DNA from: an uncultured Actinomycetes bacterium
GTDB lineage: Bacteria > Actinomycetota > Acidimicrobiia > IMCC26256 > PALSA-610
DNA length: 64,000 nt
Direction: 5' to 3'
Assembly (NCBI GenBank): GCA_963740835.1
Contig: CAVUFH010000001.1
Span: 214,987-278,986, forward strand
Shown here: positions 37,529-47,366 of the stretch, in pieces
Position numbering within the stretch: position 1 is the first letter of the stretch
Layout of the letters: the number at the start of each line of letters is the position of its first letter
Notes under the pieces: generated by a model
Databases searched by the model: none
What the model saw: only the letters and a program-made list of their open reading frames with translations
Told to the model about the DNA's origin: nothing
Program-made: the position numbers and the translations under genes

Positions 37529-37538
37529 GGCGGTGCTC

Positions 37539-38246
37539 CTATATCCCCAAGTACGCGCGTCGGACGTCGTCGTTGACCGCCAAGTCCGCGGCCGCGCCGG
37601 TGACGGCGATGCTCCCGGCCTCGAGCACGTATCCGCGTTGCGCGATGCCGAGCGCCAGCGCAGCGTTCTGCTCGACGACGAGCATCGACAGTCCTCCGTC
37701 TGCGTTGAGACCCGCGAGCACGTGGAACAGCTCCTGGGTGACGATCGGTGCGAGGCCGAGTGACGGCTCGTCGAGGAGCACGAGCTTCGGACGGCCCATG
37801 AGCGCCCGCGCAATCGCGAGCATCTGCTGTTCACCGCCGCTCATGCTTCCGGCGGGTTGGCCGCGCCGGTCGGCGAGGCGCGGGAACACACCGATCCAAC
37901 GCTCGATGTCGGCCGCGACTTCGCGATCGTGGCGCGCGTACGCGCCCAGCCGCAGGTTGTCCTCGACCGTGAGGTCGGCGAGCGTTCCCCGGCCCTGCGG
38001 GACGTGCGCGATGCCGGCGCGCGCGATGTGCTCGGGCTTCGTGCCGATGATCGACTTGCCCCCGAACCGGATGCTCCCGCGCGCCTGGATCATGCCCGAC
38101 AGCGCGCGCAACGTCGTCGTCTTGCCCGCACCGTTCGCGCCGAGGATCACGATTACTTCGCCCTCGTTCACCGTGAAGTCGACGCCGTACAGCACCTGCA
38201 CGGGCCCGTACCCGGCGCGCAGCTCCGCCACCTCCAGCAGCGTCAC
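37539..38246 (-). CDS. livF: ABC transporter ATP-binding protein (LivF type)
   Basis: Walker A GANGAGKTT, signature MSGGEQQML, Walker B LVLLDEPS. 235 aa from GTG. Confidence 0.87.
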   Translation of the reverse strand: MTLLEVAELRAGYGPVQVLYGVDFTVNEGEVIVILGANGAGKTTTLRALSGMIQARGSIRFGGKSIIGTKPEHIARAGIAHVPQGRGTLADLTVEDNLRLGAYARHDREVAADIERWIGVFPRLADRRGQPAGSMSGGEQQMLAIARALMGRPKLVLLDEPSLGLAPIVTQELFHVLAGLNADGGLSMLVVEQNAALALGIAQRGYVLEAGSIAVTGAAADLAVNDDVRRAYLGI

Positions 38247-38259
38247 GCTGAGGCTCCCG

Positions 38260-38979
38260 TCACGCCGAAGTTCCCAAGTACGCCTCGACGACTTCCGGGT
38301 TGTTGCGGATGTCCTCCGGGAGGCCCTCCGCGATCTTGCTCCCGAAGTCGAGCACGACGATCTGCTCGGAGATCGACATGACCATCGCCATGTGGTGCTC
38401 GACCAGCAGCACGGTGAGCGCGAACTCGTCGCGGATGTCGCGCACGAGTGTCGCCAGCTCGTCCACCTCGGAGTGCGTGAGTCCGGCCGCCGGCTCATCG
38501 AGGCACAGGAGGCGCGGGTGCGCGGCGAGCGCGCGTGCGATCTCGACCCGCTTCAACGTGCCGTACGAGAGGCCGATTGCCGGGCGGTTCGCGTACTCAC
38601 CGAGCGACAACCGCTCGAGGATCGCGAGCGCGTCGCGGCGGCGCGTACGCGTCGACCCTCCGAGCGAGTGGGCGCCGACCATGACGTTTTCGGTCACGGT
38701 CAGCGCCGGGAACAGCGCGAGGTTCTGGAACGTCCGCGCGATGCCGAGCTTGGCCACGCGGTGCGCCGGCAGGGTGAGCAGGTCCTTCCCCGCGAAGGTG
38801 ATGCGCCCCGACGTCGTCTCGTAGAGGCGGCTGAGGCAGTTGAACAACGTCGTCTTGCCCGCGCCGTTCGGACCGATCAGCGCGCAGATCTGGCCCTCTT
38901 GGATCTCGAAGGTCAGGTCGGACAGCGCGAGGATGCCGCCGAATTCGACGCGTACGTCCTCGACCTCCAACAGCGCCAC
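38260..38979 (-). CDS. livG: ABC transporter ATP-binding protein (LivG type)
   Basis: Walker A GPNGAGKTT, signature LSYGTLKRVE, Walker B LLCLDEPAAG. 239 aa. Confidence 0.87.
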   Translation of the reverse strand: MALLEVEDVRVEFGGILALSDLTFEIQEGQICALIGPNGAGKTTLFNCLSRLYETTSGRITFAGKDLLTLPAHRVAKLGIARTFQNLALFPALTVTENVMVGAHSLGGSTRTRRRDALAILERLSLGEYANRPAIGLSYGTLKRVEIARALAAHPRLLCLDEPAAGLTHSEVDELATLVRDIRDEFALTVLLVEHHMAMVMSISEQIVVLDFGSKIAEGLPEDIRNNPEVVEAYLGTSA

Positions 38980-39015
38980 GAGTCGCTCTATCCCCCCGAG
39001 GGCAAAGTCGAGAAC

Positions 39016-39807
39016 CTACGACAGTTGCAGGAGCTGATCCAGGCCCACCGTGAGGCCGGGCGTCTGCTGCACTCGGCGCACCGCGAGCAGCACACCGGGC
39101 ATGAACGACGAGCGGTCGTAGCTGTCGTGGCGGATCGACAGCGTCTGCCCGGTGGTGCCGAGCAGGACCTCGTGGTGCGCGACGACGCCCCGCAAGCGCA
39201 CCGAGTGCACCGGGATCCCGTCGACCCGGCTTCCCCGCGCGCCTTCGGCGACGATCGTGCGGGTCGGGTCGTCCGCCCATTCCTTGGACGCCTCGGCGAT
39301 CCGTTGGGCGGTCAACATGGCGGTCCCCGAAGGCGCATCGATCTTCTGATCGTGGTGGAGCTCGATGATCTCGGCGGTCTCGAAGTACGGCGCGGCCAGC
39401 TCCGCGAATCGCATCATCAGCACCGCGCCGATTGCGAAGTTCGGTGCGATCACCGCGTTCGCGGACGACGCGGCAAACCCGTTCGCGAGCTCGGCGAGCT
39501 CGTCGTCGGAGAAGCCGGTCGTGCCGACCACCGCGTGCACGCCTTCGCTCGCGCAGAAGCGCACGTTCTCACGCGCGGCGTCGAGCACGGTGAAGTCGAC
39601 GGCCACCTCGACGCCCGCGTCGCGCATCGCGCTCGCCTTGCCCGCGACCTGGATCTGCGTGTCGTGGACGCCGAGTTGATCGAGGTCGATACCCGCATGA
39701 TGGGGGTCGACGGCTGCGACGAGATCCATGTCGGCGGCAGTGTGCACGGCATTGCATACCGTCGAACCCATGCGTCCGCCCGCACCGAACACCCCAACCC
39801 GGATCAT
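39016..39807 (-). CDS. dapB: 4-hydroxy-tetrahydrodipicolinate reductase
   Basis: MIRVGVFGAGGRMG Rossmann start and ELHHDQKIDAPSGTA motif. 263 aa. Confidence 0.92.
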   Translation of the reverse strand: MIRVGVFGAGGRMGSTVCNAVHTAADMDLVAAVDPHHAGIDLDQLGVHDTQIQVAGKASAMRDAGVEVAVDFTVLDAARENVRFCASEGVHAVVGTTGFSDDELAELANGFAASSANAVIAPNFAIGAVLMMRFAELAAPYFETAEIIELHHDQKIDAPSGTAMLTAQRIAEASKEWADDPTRTIVAEGARGSRVDGIPVHSVRLRGVVAHHEVLLGTTGQTLSIRHDSYDRSSFMPGVLLAVRRVQQTPGLTVGLDQLLQLS

Positions 39808-39832
39808 CGGGGCAAGGGTACCGCCGGCGGGT

Positions 39833-41086
39833 TCAGCGCGGACCGGGAACCGCGAACTCGTTCGCCTCGTGGGGCCCGACGACCGCGAGCGTCGCTTGCG
39901 CGTCACGCAGCACGCGGTCGACGACGCGCGCAACGTCATCGGCCGTGACCGCCTCGACGCGCGCGACGAGCTCGTCGATCAGCGGAACCTCGCCTTCGGC
40001 CTGTTCGGCCCGGCCGATGCGACGCATGCGACTCGACGACGTCTCGAGCGACATCGCGAGCGAACCGGCGATGTGTCCCTTGGCCGCTTCCAGCTCGGCT
40101 GCGGAGAGCCCGTCGCGGGCGAGCAGCTCGAGCTCGTCGCGGATGACTCCCAGCGTCTCGTGCACTCGGTCCGGAGCGGTGCCGGCATAGATCGCGAGAA
40201 AGCCGGCGTCCTCGTACGCGGCACGGTACGAATACACCGAGTACGCCAGGCCGCGCTCCTCGCGCACGGATTGGAACAAGCGCGACGACATCCCGCCGCC
40301 GAACGCCTGGTTCAAGACGCCGAACGCGTACCGGTCGGGGTCGAGCGACGGCAGCGCCCGCAAGCCGACGACGACGTGGTCCTGCTCGGTCGAGCGCGTC
40401 GTGACGACGACGGGCTCCGGGGTGCGCAGGTCGGGCCGGGGCCGTAAGGGCCGAGCATCGGTGTCGTCGGGGAAGCGGGCCCCTGCCCGCGCCAGCACGT
40501 CGTCGTGGTCGAGGTTCCCTGCGGCTGCGAAGACGATGTTCGACGGCTTGTAGTGCGCGCCGTGGTACTCGGCGATGCGATCGCGCGACATCGCCTTGAT
40601 CGTCGCCTCGCTGCCGAGCACCTCTCGTCCGAGCGGGTGCTGCGGGAACATCGCCTGTTCGAACAGCTCGTGCACGAGATCGTCGGGCGTGTCGTCGCGC
40701 ATGCCGATCTCTTCGAGGATCACCTGTCGTTCGGACTCGACGTCACTCTCGCGGAACGCCGGTTGCCACACGATGTCGGCGAGGATGTCGAACGCGAGCG
40801 CGAACCGCGTGTCGGGGACGCGCACGTAGAACACCGTTTGCTCGTGCGTCGTGAACGCGTTCATCTCGCCGCCGACCGATTCGATCGCTTCCGCGATCTC
40901 GCGCGCGCTGCGGTCCTCGGTGCCCTTGAACAGCAGGTGCTCGAGGAAGTGGCTCGCGCCCGACGACCCGTCGGGCTCGTCACGCGAGCCGCTTCCCACC
41001 CACATGCCGAGCGTCACCGAGCGGAGCCCGGGCAACGCCTCGGTGACGACCCGGAGCCCGGAGTCGAGTCGGGTGCGCTGGATCAA
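39833..41086 (-). CDS. M16 family (pitrilysin/insulinase-like) zinc peptidase
   Basis: Inverted zinc motif HFLEH plus downstream E (EEIGMRDD). 417 aa. In the usual position between pnp and dapB. Confidence 0.87.
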   Translation of the reverse strand: MIQRTRLDSGLRVVTEALPGLRSVTLGMWVGSGSRDEPDGSSGASHFLEHLLFKGTEDRSAREIAEAIESVGGEMNAFTTHEQTVFYVRVPDTRFALAFDILADIVWQPAFRESDVESERQVILEEIGMRDDTPDDLVHELFEQAMFPQHPLGREVLGSEATIKAMSRDRIAEYHGAHYKPSNIVFAAAGNLDHDDVLARAGARFPDDTDARPLRPRPDLRTPEPVVVTTRSTEQDHVVVGLRALPSLDPDRYAFGVLNQAFGGGMSSRLFQSVREERGLAYSVYSYRAAYEDAGFLAIYAGTAPDRVHETLGVIRDELELLARDGLSAAELEAAKGHIAGSLAMSLETSSSRMRRIGRAEQAEGEVPLIDELVARVEAVTADDVARVVDRVLRDAQATLAVVGPHEANEFAVPGPR

Positions 41087-41106
41087 GGTCGATCGACCGT
41101 CAGGTT

Positions 41107-43599
41107 CTACCGGCGCGGCGGACGGCGCCGGCTGCCGCCACTGCGGGGCCGGCCACCACCACGGCGATCGCCACCCGCGGGAACGGGCGGCGGCTCCTCG
41201 GCCGGGCCGAGCTCGCCGAACTCCTCGCGCGCCTGCGTGTCCCAGAACGCCTCGAACGACGCGGTCTCCCGCGGCGCGCGGTCGTCCGCACCACGATCAG
41301 ACCGGTCGCCACCACGATCACCACGGTCGCGGTCACCGCGATCGGAGCGCGGCGGGCGCGCGCTGCGCTCACCGTTCGAGTCGTCGCCGCCGCCCTCGGG
41401 TTCGTCACCGACGAGCGAGAGCGAGAGCTTGCCGTTCTGGTCGATGTCGTCGACCTTCACCTCGAGCTCGTCACCGAGCGCGAGCACGTCCTCGACCCGG
41501 TCGATGCGCTTGCCTCGACCGAGCTTCGAGATGTGGATCAAGCCGTCGCGCCCCGGCAGGATGTTGACGAACGCACCGAACTTGGTGATGTTCACGACCC
41601 GGCCGGTGTAGACCGCGCCGACCTCGGCGGTCGGCGGGTCGAGGATCAGCTCGATCCGGCGGCGAGCCTCGGTGACCGCGGCGCCGTCCTTCGAGCCGAT
41701 GGACACGAGGCCCATGCCGTCGTCGTCCTGCACCGAGATGTCGGCGCCGGTCTCCTGCTGGATCGTGTTGATGACTTTGCCCTTGGGTCCGATCACCTCG
41801 CCGATCTTGTCGATCGGGATCTCGAAGCTGACGATCTTCGGTGCGGTGTCGCGGACGTCCTCGCGCGGCGCGGCGATCGCGTCGTGCATGACCTCGAGGA
41901 TCTTGAGGCGAGCTTCCTTCGCCTGACGCAGCGCCTGCGCGAGCACGTCGGCCGGGATGCCTTCGATCTTCGTGTCGAGCTGCAACGCGGTGACGAACTC
42001 CGACGTCCCCGCGACCTTGAAGTCCATGTCGCCGAACGCGTCCTCGGCACCGAGAATGTCGGTGAGCGTCGTGTATTTACCTTCGGCGTACACCAATCCC
42101 ATCGCGATGCCTGCGACCGGTGCCTTGATCGGCACGCCCGCGTCCATCAGCGAGAGCGTCGAACCGCAGACCGACGCCATCGACGTGGAACCGTTCGACG
42201 CGAGCACGTCCGAGACGACACGCAGCGTGTACGGCCACTCGTGAGAGTCCGGGACGACGGGGAGCAACGCACGCTCGGCGAGCGCACCGTGACCGATCTC
42301 CCGCCGCTTCGGCGAACCCACTCTTCCCGTCTCGCCGGTGGAGAACGGCGGGAAGTTGTAGTGGTGCATGTAACGCTTCTTCTCGTCCAACGTGATCGTG
42401 TCGAGCATCTGCTCCATGCGCGGCATGCCGAGCGTAAGCACCGACAGGACCTGCGTCTCGCCCCGCTGGAACAGGCCGGTACCGTGCGCGGTCGGGACGA
42501 TGCCGACCTCGGCAGAAAGCGGCCGGATGTCGGCCGGTCCGCGACCGTCGATGCGAACGCCATCGTTGACGATGCGCTTGCGGGTCACTTCCTTCTGCAA
42601 GGAGCGGAACGCGCGCCGTACGGCCACTGCCTCCTCGGGGAAGCGGCCCGGCGCGTCCGTGGTGCCGACGAGGTGGGCGAGGAAACCGGCTTCGATCTCC
42701 GCGAGCTGTGCGTTGCGTTCGGTCTTGTCGGCGATGCCCATCGCCGCGGCCGTCGCGGTCTCGGCGTGCTGCTTCACTGCCGCGTAGACCTCGGGCGAGT
42801 AGTCGACGGCGGGCAGGTACTCGATCGCCTCGACCGGTCCGTTCGCCTTCTCGTTCGCCTCACGGAGCTGCGTCTGCAGATCGATGGAAGCCGCGATCCA
42901 CCGCTTGGACTCCTCGAGTCCCGCGGCGATCGTTTCCTCGGTGACCTTCGGCGCGCCGTCCTCGTAGAGCTTCCAGGAGTGCTCGGTGCCGCCGGCCTCG
43001 ACCATCATGATCGCGACGTCGCCGTCGTCGAGCTTGCGACCGGCGACGACGATCTCGAACGTGGCTTCGTCGCCCTCTTGGTACGTCGGGTGCGCGATCC
43101 AGCTGCCGTTGTGGTGCGCGAGCCGCACCGCACCGATCGGACCGTTGAACGGGATGCCGGACACCGTGAGCGCGGCCGACGCGCCGTTGATCGAGGCGAC
43201 GTCGTGCGGGTTCTCGAGGTCGACGCCGAGGATGGTCGCGATGACCTGCACCTCGTTGCGGAAGTCGCTCGGGAACGACGGCCGCAGCGGCCGGTCGGTC
43301 AGGCGCGCGGTGAGGATCGCGTGCTCGCCCGGCCGACCTTCACGACGGAAGAACGACCCGGGGATCTTGCCGGCGGCGTACGCGCGCTCTTCGACGTCGA
43401 CGGTGAGGGGGAAGAAGTCGATGCCTTCCCGGGGCTTGGACGTGCACACGGTGGAGAGCACCGTGGTGTCGCCGACGCGCACGACGACCGCGCCGTCGGC
43501 GAGGTTGGCGAAGCGACCGGTTTCGAGGGTCATCTCGAGGCCGGCGGCGTTGATGGGACCGCTGACGCGGACGACGGACTCAGTCGTCGTATCGCTCAT
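41107..43599 (-). CDS. pnp: polyribonucleotide nucleotidyltransferase (PNPase) with about 100-aa Arg/Gly/Asp-rich C-terminal tail
   Basis: Two RNase PH domains, KH (IGEVIGPKGKVIN) and S1 (GRVVNITKFGAFVNILPGRDGLIHISKL). 830 aa. Confidence 0.95.
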   Translation of the reverse strand: MSDTTTESVVRVSGPINAAGLEMTLETGRFANLADGAVVVRVGDTTVLSTVCTSKPREGIDFFPLTVDVEERAYAAGKIPGSFFRREGRPGEHAILTARLTDRPLRPSFPSDFRNEVQVIATILGVDLENPHDVASINGASAALTVSGIPFNGPIGAVRLAHHNGSWIAHPTYQEGDEATFEIVVAGRKLDDGDVAIMMVEAGGTEHSWKLYEDGAPKVTEETIAAGLEESKRWIAASIDLQTQLREANEKANGPVEAIEYLPAVDYSPEVYAAVKQHAETATAAAMGIADKTERNAQLAEIEAGFLAHLVGTTDAPGRFPEEAVAVRRAFRSLQKEVTRKRIVNDGVRIDGRGPADIRPLSAEVGIVPTAHGTGLFQRGETQVLSVLTLGMPRMEQMLDTITLDEKKRYMHHYNFPPFSTGETGRVGSPKRREIGHGALAERALLPVVPDSHEWPYTLRVVSDVLASNGSTSMASVCGSTLSLMDAGVPIKAPVAGIAMGLVYAEGKYTTLTDILGAEDAFGDMDFKVAGTSEFVTALQLDTKIEGIPADVLAQALRQAKEARLKILEVMHDAIAAPREDVRDTAPKIVSFEIPIDKIGEVIGPKGKVINTIQQETGADISVQDDDGMGLVSIGSKDGAAVTEARRRIELILDPPTAEVGAVYTGRVVNITKFGAFVNILPGRDGLIHISKLGRGKRIDRVEDVLALGDELEVKVDDIDQNGKLSLSLVGDEPEGGGDDSNGERSARPPRSDRGDRDRGDRGGDRSDRGADDRAPRETASFEAFWDTQAREEFGELGPAEEPPPVPAGGDRRGGGRPRSGGSRRRPPRR

Positions 43600-43741
43600 G
43601 GGCGGGAACCTCTCTTGTCAGGTGGAGAGGATCCGGTTCCCAGTTGTCAGCGTCCTGGCGGGCTTCGCCCGCCGGGCGCTCGCGACTGACAACCGACGTC
43701 TCTCTCGCGGTGTTGGTCTCTCGCGGTTTTGGAAATGCAAA

Positions 43742-43767
43742 CGAGGAGCGGACGATCCGCTCCTCGA
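43742..43767 (-). terminator. rpsO terminator/attenuator hairpin
   Basis: On the minus strand CGAGGAGCGG-AUCGU-CCGCUCCUCG is followed by UUUGCAUUU, starting 11 nt after the rpsO stop. Confidence 0.6.
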
Positions 43768-43777
43768 GGAAGTACCG

Positions 43778-44035
43778 CTACCGGCGAATGCCCAGTTTGG
43801 CGATGATCGATCGGTATCGCTCGACGTCGTTGCGCCTCAGGTAATCGAGGAGGCGGCGGCGGCGGCCGACGAGCATCAGCAAGCCTCGTTGGCTGTGGAA
43901 GTCCTTTTTGTGGACCTTCATGTGCTCGGTCAGGTGACGGATGCGCTCCGAAAGGATCGCGATCTGGACTTCGGCCGAGCCGGTATCGGTCTCGTGGAGC
44001 CGGTGTTCAGTGATCGTTGCGGTCTTGTCGGGCAT
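43778..44035 (-). CDS. rpsO: 30S ribosomal protein S15
   Basis: 85 aa, ...[48 protein letters not shown]... Confidence 0.96.
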   Translation of the reverse strand: MPDKTATITEHRLHETDTGSAEVQIAILSERIRHLTEHMKVHKKDFHSQRGLLMLVGRRRRLLDYLRRNDVERYRSIIAKLGIRR

Positions 44036-44102
44036 CGCGCGCGCTGAAACCTTCGTCAGGTACGGGTACGGCCTGGAAGGCTACCAGAAGGTCCTCGGGC
44101 GC

Positions 44103-45071
44103 TCAGGGAACGTCCTGGACCAGCCGGCGGGTCTCGGCGACGTCCCGGTGCATCTGGGCAACGAGGTCGTCGACGGTCGCGAACCGCTCCTGGCCCCGGA
44201 GGTGGTGCAAGAACGCGACGCTCGCGAGCTGGCCGTAGAGATCGCCGTCGAAGTCGAGCACGAAGGCCTCGAGCAGCCGCATCCCGGCCTCCGCGTAGAA
44301 CGTCGGCCGCCGGCCGAGCGAGATCGCCGCGGGCCGCGGCACGCCGTCGGCGCCGGTGAAGCGCCCGGCGTACACGCCGTCGGCCGGCAGGCACACCCGC
44401 CCGGGGACGGCGACGTTCGCGGTCGGGAACCCGAGCTCACGCCCGCGTGCGTCGCCGTGCTCGACTGGTCCACGCACCTCGTGCGGCCGGCCGAGGATGC
44501 GGGCGGCCTCCGCGACGTCGCCCGCGCCGAGGAGGCTGCGGATGCGGGTCGAGGAGTACGGCGGCGCGTTGTCGGCGGCCGTGCTGCCGTCGGCGGACGC
44601 GACGAGACCGAGACCGAGGACCTCGAACCCGAGCTCCGCGCCCATCCGTTGGAGCAGGGGGACGTCGCCGTGGCGCCGGTACCCGAAGTGAAAGTCGGCG
44701 CCCACGACCACGAGGCGCGTACGCAGCGCGCTCGCGAGGACGTCGGAGACGAACTCCTCCGCGGTCTCCTTGCTGCGCGCTTCGTCGAAGGTGAGCACGA
44801 CACACTCGTCGACGGTCTCGGTCGCATCGACGAGCTCGAGCCGTTGTTCGAGCGTCGTCAGCAACCCCGGCACCGATTCAGGGCGGACGATCTCGGCCGG
44901 ATGCCGGTCGAAGGTGAGGACGGTCGCGGACAGCCCGCGCGCCTTGGCGAGGTCTCGGACGAGCCGCAGCACCGCCTGATGACCGAGGTGCACGCCGTCG
45001 AACGCGCCGATCGTGACGACACGACCGGTCGCCGTCGTCGGCACGTCCGCGAGGTCGCGGTAGACCTTCAC
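44103..45071 (-). CDS. ribF: bifunctional riboflavin kinase / FMN adenylyltransferase
   Basis: IGAFDGVHLGHQ adenylyltransferase motif and C-terminal kinase domain (GFPTANV...). 322 aa. Confidence 0.93.
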   Translation of the reverse strand: MKVYRDLADVPTTATGRVVTIGAFDGVHLGHQAVLRLVRDLAKARGLSATVLTFDRHPAEIVRPESVPGLLTTLEQRLELVDATETVDECVVLTFDEARSKETAEEFVSDVLASALRTRLVVVGADFHFGYRRHGDVPLLQRMGAELGFEVLGLGLVASADGSTAADNAPPYSSTRIRSLLGAGDVAEAARILGRPHEVRGPVEHGDARGRELGFPTANVAVPGRVCLPADGVYAGRFTGADGVPRPAAISLGRRPTFYAEAGMRLLEAFVLDFDGDLYGQLASVAFLHHLRGQERFATVDDLVAQMHRDVAETRRLVQDVP

Positions 45072-45985
45072 TGCTGCTCCGCGAGCACGACGATCGGCTT
45101 CACGCCGGCGCCGCGGCGTTCGTAGACGGCCAGCAGCTGCTCGGCGTCGTCGACGACTGCGAACGGCCCGGCGCCCGCGTCCTCGGGAACCAGCGCGCGG
45201 CTCGCGAACGTCGCGCCGTGCGCGACCGCGCGCACCTCGTCACCGTGCACGACGATCGTTTCGAGATCACGCATCGCGGCGCGCGGAGTGACCACGTAGG
45301 CCGGTGGATCGGCCTCGATCGCTTCGAGAGAATGGGCCTCGTCGACGGCGAACGAACCGACCCGCGTGCGCCGGAGCCCGCCGAGGTGCGCGCAGCCGCC
45401 GAGCGCGGCGCCGAGATCGGCGGCGAAGGAGCGCACGTAGGTGCCACTCGAACAGTCCAGCACGATCGAGACCTCGGGATAGGGGCCGGGGTCGAACGCG
45501 ATGATCTCGATGCGATTGATCCGCACCGACCGCGGCGCCCGCTCGATCTCCTCGCCGCGACGCGCCAGCTCGTACAGGCGCTGGCCCTTGACCTTGATCG
45601 CGGAGACCATCGGCGGGATCTGCTGCGACTCACCGAGGAAGCCACGCGACGCCTGTTCCACCTGCGCGCGCGTCAGCGGCATCTCCGCCCGCTCGAGGAC
45701 CGCGCCGGACGCGTCGAGCGAGTCGGTCGCGATGCCGAACACGACCCGCGCTTCGTAGGTCTTCGTCGTCTCCTGCAGGAACCGCAACAACCGCGTGACA
45801 CGACCCAACCCGACGAGCAGCACACCGGTCGCGTCGGGATCGAGCGTGCCGGCGTGCCCGACCCGCCGCTGCCCGTAGAACCGGCGCAGTTTCCCGACGA
45901 CGTCGTGCGACGTCCACCCGGCCGGCTTGTCCACGATCACGAGACCATCGGTGGGGACCACGCGCCCGTTGGTGGGTTCCGTCAC
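45068..45985 (-). CDS. truB: tRNA pseudouridine(55) synthase
   Basis: DKPAGWTSHDVV and catalytic-Asp motif GHAGTLDPDATG. 305 aa from GTG 45985. The stop overlaps the ribF start. Confidence 0.9.
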   Translation of the reverse strand: MTEPTNGRVVPTDGLVIVDKPAGWTSHDVVGKLRRFYGQRRVGHAGTLDPDATGVLLVGLGRVTRLLRFLQETTKTYEARVVFGIATDSLDASGAVLERAEMPLTRAQVEQASRGFLGESQQIPPMVSAIKVKGQRLYELARRGEEIERAPRSVRINRIEIIAFDPGPYPEVSIVLDCSSGTYVRSFAADLGAALGGCAHLGGLRRTRVGSFAVDEAHSLEAIEADPPAYVVTPRAAMRDLETIVVHGDEVRAVAHGATFASRALVPEDAGAGPFAVVDDAEQLLAVYERRGAGVKPIVVLAEQQ

Positions 45986-45998
45986 GACGGCGCGCTCG

Positions 45999-46964
45999 TC
46001 AGAGATGCGCGAGGATCTTGCGCACCACCGCGTCGGCCGGGTCTTCGCTCGTGAAGCCGGCCGCAAACCGGTGGCCGCCCCCGCCTTGGTACTCGGCGAT
46101 CCGACAGACGTCGACGTCACCGACCGAACGCAGGCTGACGCGCCAGCCGCCATCGGGGCCTTCCTTCAGCACGCACGCGACATCGGCCTCTCGGGTGCGG
46201 CGCACGACGTCGATGAGGCCCTCGACCTCCTCGAACGACACGCCGTAGCGCGCGAGGTCGGCCTGCGTGACCTTCGCCCACACGAACTGCTTCTCCGGAA
46301 CCAACACCGCATCCGCGAGGACCGAGGCGAGCAGCTGCAGATACGCGAACCGGTGCTCCTCGAACAGCGTGCGACACAACCGCGCGATCGGCAGCTCGAA
46401 CGAGGCGAGCTCCCGGGCGAGGTCGAAGACCTCCGGCGTCGTCGACTCGTACTGGAATCGGCCGGTGTCGCAAACGAGCGCGGCGTAGAGACAGATCGCG
46501 GCGTCGCGGGTGAGTGGCATGCCCATGCGGGCGACCAACCGCCGCACCAGCGTGCCGCTCGCGGCGGCGCGCGGATCGATGACGTTGATCGATCCGTACT
46601 GCTGGTTCGAGAGGTGGTGATCGATGACAATGAGCTCGGAGGCCGCTTTCGCGTTCCGCTCGAGGTCGCCGAGCCGGTCGAGGGAACCCGAGTCGAAGGT
46701 GATCATCACTTCGGGTTCGGTCGGGAAGCGCTCGGGTGGGGTCAGCAGATCGAGGCCCGGCAGCTCCCGGTAATGCGGCGCCACGACAAACGGCTCGGAG
46801 TATGACGCCACGGAGTCGCGGCCGGCCGCGCGCAGCACGTGGTGCAGTGCGAGCATCGACCCGAGCGCGTCGCCGTCCGGGCTCATGTGACACGCGAGCG
46901 CGACTTGCTGCGCCCGCAGGATTGCATCGGCCGCGCGCGTCAGCGCGTCGTCGACGTTAAGCAT
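45999..46964 (-). CDS. nrnA: DHH/DHHA1 phosphoesterase (NrnA-type oligoribonuclease / pAp phosphatase)
   Basis: DGD, DHH (IDHHLSN) and GGGH motifs. 321 aa. Confidence 0.85.
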   Translation of the reverse strand: MLNVDDALTRAADAILRAQQVALACHMSPDGDALGSMLALHHVLRAAGRDSVASYSEPFVVAPHYRELPGLDLLTPPERFPTEPEVMITFDSGSLDRLGDLERNAKAASELIVIDHHLSNQQYGSINVIDPRAAASGTLVRRLVARMGMPLTRDAAICLYAALVCDTGRFQYESTTPEVFDLARELASFELPIARLCRTLFEEHRFAYLQLLASVLADAVLVPEKQFVWAKVTQADLARYGVSFEEVEGLIDVVRRTREADVACVLKEGPDGGWRVSLRSVGDVDVCRIAEYQGGGGHRFAAGFTSEDPADAVVRKILAHL

Positions 46965-46976
46965 CGTTCCCCGCGG

Positions 46977-47366
46977 TCATTCGATCTCGTCCTTGTCGAG
47001 CGCGACGTCGCCGCGCAGGATCTCTTCGATGCGCTGCCCCGAGAGGATGCCGGGGTCGGCCTCGAACACGAGCGCCGGCACCTGGCGGATGCGCAATTGC
47101 TTTCCCACAACGCTACGCAGGTGTGGCCCGGCCGCGCGCAACCCGGCGAGGGCGGCATCCGCGATGTTGCCGGTGGTGTCGGTGGTCTCGGCGCCGAGCG
47201 TCGAGAAGAAGACCTTGGCGCGCGACAGGTCGCGCGTCACGTCCACACCCGTGATCGTGACCAGCTCCAGGCGCGGATCCGAGAGCCGCTCCAGTTCCTC
47301 GGCGAGCACCTCGAGCAGCGACTCGTTCAGACGGGCGGTGCGCGGGTACTTGCGGGGCGAGGTCAC
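46977..47366 (-). CDS. rbfA: ribosome-binding factor A
   Basis: 129 aa from GTG 47366 (RTARLNESLLEVLAEELERLSDPRLELVTITGVDVTRDLSRAKVFF). The start overlaps the DUF503 stop (GTGA). Confidence 0.9.
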   Translation of the reverse strand: MTSPRKYPRTARLNESLLEVLAEELERLSDPRLELVTITGVDVTRDLSRAKVFFSTLGAETTDTTGNIADAALAGLRAAGPHLRSVVGKQLRIRQVPALVFEADPGILSGQRIEEILRGDVALDKDEIE

